A stretch of DNA of 64,000 nt from an uncultured Gemmatimonadales bacterium (GTDB lineage: Bacteria > Gemmatimonadota > Gemmatimonadetes > Gemmatimonadales > GWC2-71-9). Below are positions 11,691 through 22,358 of the stretch, piece by piece (position 1 is the first letter of the stretch; every line of letters begins with the position of its first letter). Below the pieces are notes generated by a model. The model ran no database searches. It worked only from the letters and a program-made list of their open reading frames with translations, and was not told where the DNA came from. Location: contig CAWGSK010000011.1 in assembly GCA_963825055.1 (NCBI GenBank), positions 96,001 through 160,000 of the forward strand. The letters run 5' to 3'. A program made the position numbers and the translations under genes.

Positions 11691-14315
11691 GCGAGGCGAC
11701 GAGTACAGCTGACCGGCGCTCTGGCGGCGCTGGGACGATGTCGATCGCCTGCTCACACGTGCGCTCGATCAGATACCCGAGACGCGCGTCGGCTAGGTCG
11801 AGCGCCGGAGAGGGCAGATACGGAACTGTGGAACTGGTGCTGAGGCTGCTCAACCGCAGCGGGTACGGCGACGAGCAGTACATGGCACCGGCCGTCGCAA
11901 TGGTGCGTGCCGTGCTGGATACGGATACGGACGCGGACGACCTGCCACCCGACGCGACGATCGATCGCTATCGCATCATCGGTCGACTCGGTCGCGGCGG
12001 CATGGCGACTGTGTATCGAGCCGAGCGGTCGGATGGCAGCTACGAGCAGCAGGTGGCGCTGAAGGTACTGCGGCGTGGCGTGGACACGACAGACCTGATC
12101 CGGCGCTTCCTGGTCGAACGGCAGATACTCTCGTCGCTCACTCACCCCAACATCGCCCGCATCCTCGACGGCGGCTCCACGGGCGATGGTCGACCGCCCT
12201 GGTCATGGAGCTCGTCCCGGGCGAGCCAATCACAGCATGGGCCGATGCACACCGGCTTTCTGTCCCCGCGAGGCTGCGCGTTCCTCAGGTATCGATGCGT
12301 GCTATGCCCACCAGCAGCTCGTGGTCCACCGCGACCTCAAGCCTCGAATACCTGGTAGACGAGACCGGCCGGGTTAAGCTGCTCGACTACGGCATTGCAA
12401 AACTGCTTGACGCTGACGGAGACCACACCGACGTGGGCGCGCGACCTCAGACGCCCCACTACGCCAGCCCGGAGCAGCTCGAGGGCGACGGATCACGACG
12501 GCCACTGACGTTTATCAGCTAGGCCTGCTGCTCCGGGAGCTGCTCACCGGCCTGCGGCCGGTGAGACCTGATCTACGCACCGGGGCGACCACGGCGCGCA
12601 TGAGCGCCTCCGTCCTTGACCCCGGCGCAGGCGCTGCCTCACCGGCAGCCCGTGCCATCCAGCGTGGCACTACTCCGGCACGGTTACGCCGGCGCCTCGT
12701 CGGAGATCTCGACCTGATCGTGGCCAAGGCACTCCGCGTTGAGCCTGAACTGCGCTATGCCTCGGCCGACGAGTTCGCCGCCGACCTCCGCCGCCACCTG
12801 CGGGGGCTCCCGATCCAGGCCCATCCCGAGTCGGCCCGGTACCTGGCGCGCAAGTTCATCACCCGACACCGGTGGTTCATTCCTGCCGTTGGGGCGCTTG
12901 CCATCGGAACCGCGCTGTACGTCGGGACTGTCGTCGATCATAACCGACGCCTGGAGCGGGAGCGCGACGCCGCTACTGCCGCTTCGCTGCTCGCCCGGGA
13001 GACCCGGGACTTTCTCGTCGGGATGTTCCAGAGTCCGGACCCGTTCACGCGGCCGATCCCGAGCGAGGGCGACGGATCACGGTGGTCGAGGCCCTCGCGA
13101 TCGGCAGGGACCGCCTGGAAGAGGACTTCGCCGACCAGCCGGCGTTGCGGGCGGCGTTACTGTCGACGATCGGCCAGGTCCTGACGAGGCTGGACCAGAC
13201 CGATGCCGCGTACGAGATGCTGGACGAGGCCATGGCGACGCGGATCCGGGTGGGCGATACCACGTCGGTGCAGTTTGCGGACAATCTGGGGGATGTGGGC
13301 TATCTCCTGATCGGCACGGGACTCCACGACTCCGCCCTGGTCCTGCTCGAACGGCAGGTCGCGCTCGAACGCCACCGGACTCCCCTCGACGGTGAGCGCC
13401 TCGGCCAGGCCCTGCTGGCTCTGGCCATGGGCGAGGCGAGGCGGAACCCGATCCGCGCGGCCGACCTCACGGACGATGCGGTTGCGCAATTGCGAATCGC
13501 CGGAAGCGATCGTCTCGGTGAGGCACTGCGCCAGGCGGCGGACCGATTCCGCGATGGCAATCGCCTGGAAGTGTCGGAGCGGTTCGCTCGCGAAGCGCTT
13601 GACCTCGACCTCGCCCGGGAGGGCCCCGACGCGCTGCACACCGCCATGGCAAAGCATACCCTCGGAGAGACACTCGGGCTCCGCGGGCAGATCGACGAGG
13701 CCCGGATCCTGATCCGGTCGGCCATCGTGGTGTTCGACAGCATGCTGGGCCGGGATCACGCGTTCACCATGGCTGCGCGCAACAACCTTGCAATCGTCGC
13801 CATTAACGCCGGCGCCTTCCCCGAAGCGGAGGCGAGTTATCGCGAACTCCTTGGGGGCCGGCGGGCACGCTATGGGGAGCGCAGCGCCCGATGGCAGGCA
13901 CCTACCAGAATCTCGCCGTGGCCGTCGCGGGTCAGGGGCGTTACGCCGAGGCCGATAGTCTCACCCGGCTGGCGGAAGGGATCTACCGGAATGTGCTCCC
14001 GGCAGGGTCGATCGTTATCGCGTTCCCGATGCTCACGCGCGCGAGATCCTCCTGACCGGTGGCGATGCCATCGGGGCGGCGCAGGCGGCCCGCGGCGCGG
14101 CGGCCCTGCTGCGCGGGCACGTCCCGACCAACCACCCTGCCGCGATCATGGCCGATTGCCGGCTGGGTCGGGCCACCGCCCGGCTGGGTGACACCGTCAG
14201 GGCTCTGGCACTGCTCGACTCTGCCGTCAGCCGGCTACGGACGGCTGAGGGGGTCCGTGGCCCGCAACAGGCGGAATGCCGGGATGCGCTGGCGGCCCTC
14301 ACTCGAGCGCCCTGA
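11690..14315 (+). CDS. Ser/Thr protein kinase with TM segment and TPR repeats; multiple frameshifts; start approximate
   Basis: YRIIGRLGRGGMATVYRAERSDGSYEQQVALKVL, ERQILSSLTHPNIARILDGG, VHRDLKP, VKLLDYGIAKLL, TPHYASPEQ, GDLDLIVAKALRVEPELRYASA. TPRs in ORF 13082-14191. Stop TGA at 14313-14315. Confidence 0.85.
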
Positions 14316-14435
14316 AGGGGTCCACCCGGAGGTGACCCTCGAGAACCGGGGAGCGGGATGGCGGGGTCCGACCATGGATGACGTTGAATCAGGGAAGCAA
14401 GCTTCCCGACGATCACGTCAGCCAAGGGGATCTTC

Positions 14436-15755
14436 ATGTCACCCACCAGCCTCCTGTCCCGGGCACTCCGCGGCGCGCTGTTCCTCATCCTCGCCACCAT
14501 GGGGATGCCCCGTCCCGCAAGCGCTCAAATATTCAAGAAGCTCAAGAAGGCCGCCCAGAATGCCGCCGAGTCGGAACTGGTCAGTCAGGTCGACCAAGCG
14601 GTGCGGGACAAGGTCCGTTGTGTCTTCGACGATCTTGAATGCATCCGGAACGCCGAGGCCCAAGGGCAGGAAGCGGTGCTGACCGACGACAGCGGCCAGG
14701 TTCTGCTGGATCAGGAGGGTCAGCCCGTGTCGGATCCCGACCTCGGCGCGGACCTGGCGGGGGAAAACCGGCGTACCATGCTGCCGGGGGAGGGCGCGTG
14801 GTCCAACTACGATTTCCAGCCTGGCGACAGTGTGCTGGTCTTCGACGACTTCACCGGGGACAGTGTCGGTGATTTCCCGCGCCGGTTCGAGCTGATCGAG
14901 GGCAACTTCGAGGTCGTGGAATGGAACGGGGCGCGTTATCTCCGCGCGACCTCGTACGGTGTTCTCGCCATTCCGCTGCCTGGGACGCTGCCGGACCGAT
15001 TCACGCTCGAGTTCAGCGCCAGCATCCAGCACGGCAACGGATTTGTCCGTGTTACCCCCGGCCGGGCGTTCTGGGGGCCCGCCCGTACGTATCAGGGCAC
15101 GGCGATTTCAGTCGAGCGCGGACGAGCCGGATACCTGCCGGTATCGGGCGGCGGCCCCAGGATACTCACGAAGTTCGAATCCACCCGGGTTACCGCAACG
15201 GTGGCACCGATCCGGGTGATGGCTGATGGGAGTCACATGAAGATGTACCTCGGCGAAGTGCGGGTGGCCAACGCCCCAAACGCCGTCTTTCCACGTGGAG
15301 ACACGCTGTTCCTCGCGGTCGGCACCGCCAGCGAGCAGTCACCGATCCTGATAGGACCCCTCCGGATCGCGGCCGGCGGCCGTGATCTGTATGATCGTCT
15401 GGCGCGAGACGGCCGGGCGGCAACACAGGGCATCCTCTTCGCGACCAACAGCGCGCGCATCCGACCCGAGTCGACCCCCACACTCGACGAAATCGCTACC
15501 ATGCTGCGCGAGCATCCCGCGTTGCGCATCGCGATCGAGGGACACACCGACAGCCAGGGCACCGCGGAATTCAACCAGGCGCTGTCCGAACGCCGTGCCG
15601 CGGCAGTGGTCGCGTACCTTACCGGGCCGATGGGCATCGAGCCGGCCCGACTCGAGTCAGCGGGGTTCGGGGAGTCCAGCCCGGCCGCTTCCAACGACAC
15701 GCCTGAAGGAATGCAACAGAACCGGCGGGTGGAACTGGTGCGACTTGGGAGCTGA
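14436..15755 (+). CDS. OmpA-family protein with an extended N-terminal domain
   Basis: Signal peptide; C-terminal OmpA domain GILFATNSARI...IEGHTDSQG..NQALSERRAAAV...NRRVE. Confidence 0.9.
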   Translation: MSPTSLLSRALRGALFLILATMGMPRPASAQIFKKLKKAAQNAAESELVSQVDQAVRDKVRCVFDDLECIRNAEAQGQEAVLTDDSGQVLLDQEGQPVSDPDLGADLAGENRRTMLPGEGAWSNYDFQPGDSVLVFDDFTGDSVGDFPRRFELIEGNFEVVEWNGARYLRATSYGVLAIPLPGTLPDRFTLEFSASIQHGNGFVRVTPGRAFWGPARTYQGTAISVERGRAGYLPVSGGGPRILTKFESTRVTATVAPIRVMADGSHMKMYLGEVRVANAPNAVFPRGDTLFLAVGTASEQSPILIGPLRIAAGGRDLYDRLARDGRAATQGILFATNSARIRPESTPTLDEIATMLREHPALRIAIEGHTDSQGTAEFNQALSERRAAAVVAYLTGPMGIEPARLESAGFGESSPAASNDTPEGMQQNRRVELVRLGS

Positions 15756-15806
15756 GGACTGCCAGCGTGCGACGGGCCTGGACCGCGAGCGGGTGACCGG
15801 AGCAGC

Positions 15807-16845
15807 TCAGGAAACCCTGAAGGCGTAGACGGTCGTTTCCCGCAGGGTCTCGCCCGGGCGGAGAATCGTGCCGGGGAAGCGGGTGGTGGACGGCGTCCGG
15901 GTAGTGCTGTGTTTCCAGGCACAGGCCGGCGTGCGCCCCGTATGGCCGCCCCCCTTTCCCCGTCAGTGTCCCATCCAGGAAGTTGCCGGTGTACAGCTGC
16001 ACGCCGGGCTGCGTCGTCCGCACGTCCATGACCCGTCCGCTCTCCGGATCAAAGAGCCGTCCCGCGTGCACCAGCCCCGGCCCGTCACGGTCGATCACGA
16101 AATTATGGTCATATCCCCTGCGGGAGCCGGTCAATGCGTCCCAGCGCGCGCCGATGAGGGCCGGGCGGGTGAAGTCGAAGGGGGTGCCCTGCACCGGCAG
16201 GAGTTCCCCGGTCGGGACTCCCGTGGCATCCACCGGGGTATAGCGGGATGCCCGGAGCGACAGCTCATGATTCAGGACGTCGCCCGAGCAGGCGAGGTTG
16301 AAATACGCGTGGTTAGTGAGGTTGACCGGCGTGGGGCGATCTGTCCGGGCGGTATAGTCGATGACCAGCTCGTCCTCCGCCGTCAGTGCCACGACCACCT
16401 CCACCTCGAGCCGCCCCGGATAGCCCTCGTCCCCGTCGGGGCTGACATGTACCAGCCGGATCGCGGGATCGGAGCCGGGCAGCGCCTCCCCCCGCCAGAG
16501 GGCCTTGTCGAACCCATGGCGACCGCCGTGCAGGTGGTTGGGGCCGTCGTTCCGGGCGAGGGTGTACGTGCGCCCGTCGAGATCGAAGGTGCCGCCGGCA
16601 ATCCGGTTGGCGACCCGCCCGACCGTGCTGCCGAAGTAGGGATGGCCCGCGAGATAGGAGGCGAGGTCGTCGAACCCCAGGACGACGTCACCGATCGTGC
16701 CGTTCCTGTCGGGTACGTGCAGTTCGGTGAGCGTGGCACCGTAGTCGCTTATCCGGGCGACCAGACCATGGAGGTTGGTGAGGCTGAAAACTCGGGCCGC
16801 CCGCCCATCGGGCAGGTGACCGAAGGCGGTGGCCTCGACGCTCAC
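15807..16845 (-). CDS. galM: Aldose 1-epimerase (mutarotase); frameshift near the C-terminus (~15885)
   Basis: YFGSTVGRVANRI, NHLHGG, GDEGYPG, NLTNHAYFNL, YDHNF, QLYTGNFL, CLETQHYPD. The true end FPGTILRPGETLRETTVYAFRVS* is in another frame. Confidence 0.9.
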
Positions 16846-18509
16846 GGCGTGGAGAGAAGGACCAGCGGGAATGGGGTGTCCAGCACGGCGGCGCCGCCCC
16901 GCACCGTCACCCGTGTCCCGGAATAGCTGTCCACCAGGACCGCGCCGTCGGGGAACGTGCCGTACAGCGGTATTGTCTTCATGCCCGGCGCCAGGTCGAG
17001 CGCCACCAGCACGCGATCGGTGCCGCCCCCGGCGTCGAGGGTCCGGCTGAAGAGGAAGGGCGACGTCCGGAGCGTCCGGTGCACACCCGCCCCGACGGCG
17101 GGATGCGCCCGCCGGAACCGGCCCAGGCGGCGCCAGTGCTCGAGGACCGCCCGGCCGGCACCCGCGGTATCCCCCCAGTTCATCATTGATCGGAGGTTCG
17201 CGTCGCCCTCCGCCCCGGGAATGACAAGGGGACGGGCCAACTCGTCTCCGTAATAGACCTGGGCTCCACCCGGCGCGAGCAGGAGGCGGGTCCCGGCTCC
17301 CATCGGATCCCGGCGGTCCCGGTCATAGGGGCCGCCGTCATCGTGCGAGCTCACGTAGTTGAGCAGCGCGACGCGGTCGAGCGCCCCGCCGTGCAGGTCC
17401 GACGAGTACCGGGTATACAGGCTGTCAAGCGGGCCGCGCGCCACGGCCTTGAACTCGAAGTTGATCAGCGCGTCATATCCATTCGCGAAGAAGTCTACCT
17501 GGCGGTCCCCGAAATCGTACTGGCGCCCCGTTGCGGGGGACCAGCCGTAGACCTCCCCCACCATGTAGAACGGGAGGTCGTCGAGGCCGTTGTCCGGGTG
17601 AGCCCGCTTCCAGTCGGCAAACGCGACTTCCGCCTCCGCCCGCAGTTCAGCGCTCACCGACGGCTCGAAGTGCTTGGCGGTGTCCACCCGGTAGCCATCG
17701 AACCCCACCTCGCGGACCCAGTCGGTCAGCCACTTGATGATGTACCAGCGCGGCGCGCGGGGATGGCCCGTCCGCTTGAAGAACGCGTCCAGTTCCGCCA
17801 CCTCGCGATCGCGGCGTCCCTCGCGATCCCATTTCGCGACAAGCCAGCCGGGCAGGGCGACCGGCTCGTCCCGTTCCGTCCGGACGTCCGGCAGGTTCCG
17901 CACGAGGGTGCAGGTCACCGTGGTGATATAGCTCCGGTAGGTACACTGCGGGCTGGTGCGCACCCAGTCGTCGGGCCACGCCGGCTCGTCGGGCGTCTGT
18001 GGCCCCACGTGGTTGATGATGGCATCCATCAGGACCCGCATGCCATGACGGTGCGCCACGTCCACCACGTCGCGCAGGTCGTCCATGGTGCCGAGCGCGG
18101 GGTCCACGGCGGTCCAGTCGCGAGTCCAGTATCCGTGGAAGGCGTACGTCTTCCCGGTTCCCTCATCGACGCCGGGGTGGATCTGTTCGACGAAGGGTGT
18201 CAGCCAGATGGCGTCGACGCCCAGGCTGTCGAACCAGCCCGCCTCGATTCGCTCCCTGAGCCCGCGCAGGTCTCCGCCCTCGAAATTGCGCAGCTTCATG
18301 CCGTCGTGCGCCCGGCCGAGCGCGTGGTCGTTGCCCGTGTCGCCGTTGGCGAACCGGTCGGTCAGCAGGAAGTAGACGGTAGCCGCGTTCCAGAACGTGG
18401 CTGGTTGCCCCACCGGCGCAGGCGCGAGGTCCGGCGGGGGCGCGGATGTGCACGCACCCCCAAGGGACGCGAGGCCGGTCAGGACGACTGCGGAAATCCG
18501 GGATGCCAT
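16842..18509 (-). CDS. GH13 alpha-amylase lipoprotein (MalS-like catalytic domain)
   Basis: Lipobox GGAC; VYFLLTDRFANGD, FHGYWTRDW, DGYRVDTAKH, VGEVY, SSHDD. Confidence 0.9.
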   Translation of the reverse strand: MASRISAVVLTGLASLGGACTSAPPPDLAPAPVGQPATFWNAATVYFLLTDRFANGDTGNDHALGRAHDGMKLRNFEGGDLRGLRERIEAGWFDSLGVDAIWLTPFVEQIHPGVDEGTGKTYAFHGYWTRDWTAVDPALGTMDDLRDVVDVAHRHGMRVLMDAIINHVGPQTPDEPAWPDDWVRTSPQCTYRSYITTVTCTLVRNLPDVRTERDEPVALPGWLVAKWDREGRRDREVAELDAFFKRTGHPRAPRWYIIKWLTDWVREVGFDGYRVDTAKHFEPSVSAELRAEAEVAFADWKRAHPDNGLDDLPFYMVGEVYGWSPATGRQYDFGDRQVDFFANGYDALINFEFKAVARGPLDSLYTRYSSDLHGGALDRVALLNYVSSHDDGGPYDRDRRDPMGAGTRLLLAPGGAQVYYGDELARPLVIPGAEGDANLRSMMNWGDTAGAGRAVLEHWRRLGRFRRAHPAVGAGVHRTLRTSPFLFSRTLDAGGGTDRVLVALDLAPGMKTIPLYGTFPDGAVLVDSYSGTRVTVRGGAAVLDTPFPLVLLSTP

Positions 18510-20062
18510 GTGTCGCGTTCCGGTTCGTCCCTGTCCTCGACCCGGAGGGTGAGGAGCGCCGCGAGCAGGAGCGATGCGCCCCCGACCGCGAGGGCGTAGA
18601 TCGCCTCTCCGCTGAAGAACCTCGCCACGATGAAGCCGAGCAGTGCGGCGGCGACAATCTGCGGAATCACGATGAAGAAATTGAAGACCCCCATGTAGTA
18701 CCCCATCTTCGACGGCGGCAGCGCCCCGGTCAGGATGGCGTACGGCATGGCGAGGATGCTGGCCCAGGCGATGCCCACGCCCACCATGGAGAGCAGCAGG
18801 AGTTTCGGGTCGTGAAGCAGCAGGATGGACAGCAGCCCCAGGGCCCCGAACGTGAGGCAGACGGCGTGCGCGACCCGCCGGTTGGTGCGCCGGGCCAGGA
18901 CCGGGATGAGGAACGCCACCACCGCCGCGACGCCATTGTACGCGGCAAACCCGACCCCGACCCAGTTGGCTCCATCATTATAGAGGCGGCTGGTGGTGTC
19001 GCTGGTGCCGTACAGGTGGGCGGTCACGGCGGGTGTGGTGTAGATCCACATGGCGAAGAGGGCGAACCACGAGAAGAACTGGACCCAGGCCAGCTGTTTC
19101 ATGGTGCGCGGCATGTCCTGGAAGTCGTTCAGGATGGTGACGAACCCGTTGTCGTACCGCCCGCCCCGCTGCATCATGCCGCTCACGATGAGTAACAGCC
19201 CCACCACCCCGATGCCCGCCGAGAGTATCAGCACCTGGTACAGGGCGGCAATCCCCAGCCAGGCGCTGAGCGCCCCGCCGACGACGAGCAGCGTCAGGCC
19301 CAGCCGGATCTGTCGCGACCCGTTCTGCGTAAAGGCTTCGGGGCTTCGTCGCTCCGGCACGATGTGTTCGCGCTCCTGGTTGTCAGCGAAGCTGGCCATC
19401 TCCCGCGGGGAGTACTCGTGCGAGCGGAGCACCGTCCAGAGCACGGCCAGGAAGAACACCACCGCCCCGAAATAGAATGACCACCGCACCGAGTCCGGAA
19501 TCATGTGGGGGGGCGCCTCGTTGCTCACCCCGAACATCTTGGTGAGCACCCACGGCAGGAGGGAGGCCGCGACGGCACCGGTGCCGATCAGGAAACTCTG
19601 CATCGCGAACCCGGTGGTACGCTGCGACGACGGCAGGTTGTCACCGACGAACGCCCGGAACGGCTCCATCGAGATATTGATGGAGGCGTCCATCATCCAG
19701 AGCATCCCCGCCGCCACCCAGAGGGTCGGTGAGTTCGGCATCAGGACCAGGGCCAGCGATGCCAGCACCGCCCCGGTCAGGAAGTACGGCCGGCGCCGCC
19801 CCAGCCCGTTCCAGGTCCGGTCGCTCAGGTAGCCCACGATGGGCTGCACGACGAGGCCCGTGACCGGCGCGGCGATCCAGAGCAGCGGGATGTTTTCGAC
19901 CTTTGCCCCCAGCGTCTCGAAGATCCGGCTCACGTTCGCGTTCTGCAGCGCGAAGCCGATCTGGATGCCAAGGAAGCCGAAACTCATGTTCCAGATTTCC
20001 CAGAATGAGAGCCGGGGTTTCGGCCGGACGGCGGCGGCGGCGCTGGCGGCGCGTGATCCCAT
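18479..20062 (-). CDS. MFS maltose/maltodextrin transporter (MalT/SLC45-like)
   Basis: LSFWEIWNMSFGFLGIQIGFALQNANVSRIF, SDRTWNGLGRRRPYF, DASINISMEPFRAFVGD, KMGYYMGVFNFFIVIPQ; about 12 TM segments. Confidence 0.9.
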   Translation of the reverse strand: MGSRAASAAAAVRPKPRLSFWEIWNMSFGFLGIQIGFALQNANVSRIFETLGAKVENIPLLWIAAPVTGLVVQPIVGYLSDRTWNGLGRRRPYFLTGAVLASLALVLMPNSPTLWVAAGMLWMMDASINISMEPFRAFVGDNLPSSQRTTGFAMQSFLIGTGAVAASLLPWVLTKMFGVSNEAPPHMIPDSVRWSFYFGAVVFFLAVLWTVLRSHEYSPREMASFADNQEREHIVPERRSPEAFTQNGSRQIRLGLTLLVVGGALSAWLGIAALYQVLILSAGIGVVGLLLIVSGMMQRGGRYDNGFVTILNDFQDMPRTMKQLAWVQFFSWFALFAMWIYTTPAVTAHLYGTSDTTSRLYNDGANWVGVGFAAYNGVAAVVAFLIPVLARRTNRRVAHAVCLTFGALGLLSILLLHDPKLLLLSMVGVGIAWASILAMPYAILTGALPPSKMGYYMGVFNFFIVIPQIVAAALLGFIVARFFSGEAIYALAVGGASLLLAALLTLRVEDRDEPERDTWHPGFPQSS

Positions 20063-20128
20063 TGGATGACTCAGGGAAGAAGGAAAAGGGACGAGGGAAC
20101 CGGAGCCGGAAACGTCCGCCCGGTTCCG

Positions 20129-22174
20129 CTACTCAGCCGGGTGGATCCGGACGGCCTGGCCGCCGCCCGGCGCCAGCACCACATGCAGCATGGATGTGCT
20201 GGTGACCGGCTGGCTGCTGATCGTCACCGGGAGCGGGTTGTCGAGCCAGTGTGCGCCCGGACCGTCGGCGTAGACCTCCGCCACGTACCGGCGGCCCGGA
20301 TCGAGGAACGAGAGCGGGACGTCGAACGTGCGCGGCTCTTCATCGGTGATGGCCCCCAGGAACCAGGTCGCCTTGCCGCGCTCCCGGCGGGCCACCACGA
20401 CATAGTCACCGATCCGGCCCGCGATGACCCGGGTGGTATCCCAGTCCACCGCCACGTCGCGGATGAACTGGAAGGCGGGCTGGCCCTCGTAATTCTCCGG
20501 GAGGTCGGCTGCCATCTGGAGCGGGGAATAGAGCACCACATAGAGCGCCAGCTGCTTGGCCAGCGTGGTGCGAACGCGGGCATCCTGCGGCCGCCGGGGC
20601 GCCCCGCCGCTCGTCTCAAGGATGTCGAAGATCCCCGGCGTGTAATCCATGGGACCCGCCAGCAGGCGGGTGAAGAACAGGATGGTCTCGTGCTCCGGCG
20701 GGTTGCCGCCGTCCCCGCTCCAGGCGTTGTACTCCTGCCCGCGCGCGCCCTCCCGGGTCATCATGTTGGGCCAGGTCCGCCGCTCTCCCGTGGGGTGCAT
20801 CGGTTCGTGAACGTCGAGCATGATACCGTATTCCGCCGCCTTCTCGATGACGTGGCGGTAGTGCCGGACCATGTACTGCGAGTAGTGCGAGTGCCCCTCG
20901 GTGGTCAGGTCGGTGACGTATCCTGACTTGATCGCGTCAAGGCCGAGCGAATGGTACAGCGCATAAGCGCTGTCGAGCTGCCGCTCGTAATTCCGGACAC
21001 CCCCGGACGTTTCATTGTGGACGATGAGACGGATGCCCTTCTCATGGGCGTAGGCGGCAACGGCGGCGAGATCGTAGTCGGGATAGGACTGCGTGAACGA
21101 GAACGCGTCCCGGTTGGCAATCCAGTCCCCGTCCCATCCCGTGTTCCAGCCCTCCACCAGCACGCCACCGAACCCGTTCGCGGCGGCGAAGTCGATGTAG
21201 CGCTTCGTGTTCCCGGTGGTGGCTCCGTGCTTCGGCCCGGAGTGCCACGTCATCGAGTTGATGTGCATCCCCCACCAGATGCCGACGTACTTCATCGGGT
21301 GGATCCAGTCCGTGTTCGCGATCCGGCTGGGTGGGTTCAGGTTGAGCCCGAGGAGGGAGGGAGAAAGGTCCTCGGGCCGGTCGGCCACCTGGATGGTACG
21401 CCAGGGGGTCTCGAACGGGGTATGCCCCGTGACCTTGGAGCCGTCGGCCATCGGCGCCAGCGCGGCCCGCAGTATCCGGCTCTCCCCCCGGGTGCCGGTC
21501 AGGAACATCCGCGCGTAGTCCACGAGATTGGCCTCATGGATCACCAGGTAGGTCCTGCCGTCCTGCGACTCGATCGTGAGGGGGGTCTGGACACTGTCCA
21601 GGCGGCTGACCGGGCCGGAGGTGTACAGCATCTCGGAGCGGTCCTTCCGGGGCCAGTCGGAGGGAATGGACCAGGCCCGGCCGTTGTCGGCCAGGTTGAA
21701 CTCGGTCAGTTCGTCCTGGATGGTGAACGCGCCCAGCCCGGGCTGTCCGGGAAGCTCATAGCGGAACCCCAGCCCATCGTCGAAGACCCGGAACCGGACC
21801 GTGAACTCCCGGAGGGGTGCGGCGACTTCCCGCACGGTCACCGCCAGCTCGCGGTGGTGGTCCCGCACCCGGCGAACTTCACCCCATGGCTGGGTCCACC
21901 ATTCGTCATGCTCCGCCGGCCGGAACGACTTGACGATGTGGAGCCCGCTCCCCAGGGGCGCGGCTCCCCGGAACGTGAAGCCGAGGCGGGAGGGCAGGAT
22001 GACCGGCCGGCCGTCCCGGGCAAGACTGTACACAAGTTCACCCTCCCGGAGCGCCACGGTCACCTGGTTCCGGCCGTCCGGAGACGCGACGGTGGCCTCC
22101 TGGCCCCGCAGGTCGAGGGGCCCAACCAGGAGGACGGCCTGCAGCGACAGCGCGATGAGGGCTGGACGGCCCAT
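20129..22174 (-). CDS. susB: GH97 alpha-glucosidase (SusB-like)
   Basis: KYVGIWWGMH, KRYIDFAAANG, VLVEGWNTGW, HNETSG, HEPMHPTG, TREGARGQEYNAW, FTRLLAGPMDYTPG, PLQMAADLPENY. Confidence 0.9.
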   Translation of the reverse strand: MGRPALIALSLQAVLLVGPLDLRGQEATVASPDGRNQVTVALREGELVYSLARDGRPVILPSRLGFTFRGAAPLGSGLHIVKSFRPAEHDEWWTQPWGEVRRVRDHHRELAVTVREVAAPLREFTVRFRVFDDGLGFRYELPGQPGLGAFTIQDELTEFNLADNGRAWSIPSDWPRKDRSEMLYTSGPVSRLDSVQTPLTIESQDGRTYLVIHEANLVDYARMFLTGTRGESRILRAALAPMADGSKVTGHTPFETPWRTIQVADRPEDLSPSLLGLNLNPPSRIANTDWIHPMKYVGIWWGMHINSMTWHSGPKHGATTGNTKRYIDFAAANGFGGVLVEGWNTGWDGDWIANRDAFSFTQSYPDYDLAAVAAYAHEKGIRLIVHNETSGGVRNYERQLDSAYALYHSLGLDAIKSGYVTDLTTEGHSHYSQYMVRHYRHVIEKAAEYGIMLDVHEPMHPTGERRTWPNMMTREGARGQEYNAWSGDGGNPPEHETILFFTRLLAGPMDYTPGIFDILETSGGAPRRPQDARVRTTLAKQLALYVVLYSPLQMAADLPENYEGQPAFQFIRDVAVDWDTTRVIAGRIGDYVVVARRERGKATWFLGAITDEEPRTFDVPLSFLDPGRRYVAEVYADGPGAHWLDNPLPVTISSQPVTSTSMLHVVLAPGGGQAVRIHPAE

Positions 22175-22358
22175 GAGAAACCCGGAGGTGGAGGGGTTCG
22201 TGAAATTAGGCCGTCGGCCGCCGGGCCGCCAGCAGGGTCTTGCGCTTCCGTTCACCTTTCCCGTATATGTGGGCGGCGGCGGGCGGCCGGAGCGGCTGAT
22301 ACACCCGCCGAGGCTGCTCCAGGGCCCCCCATCCGACCATTCCTCAGGAACACCGACC

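Noticed and set aside
12380..12400. Atypical DYG in place of DFG in the kinase
   Set aside because: It lies in the error-rich zone, so a single-base error cannot be excluded.
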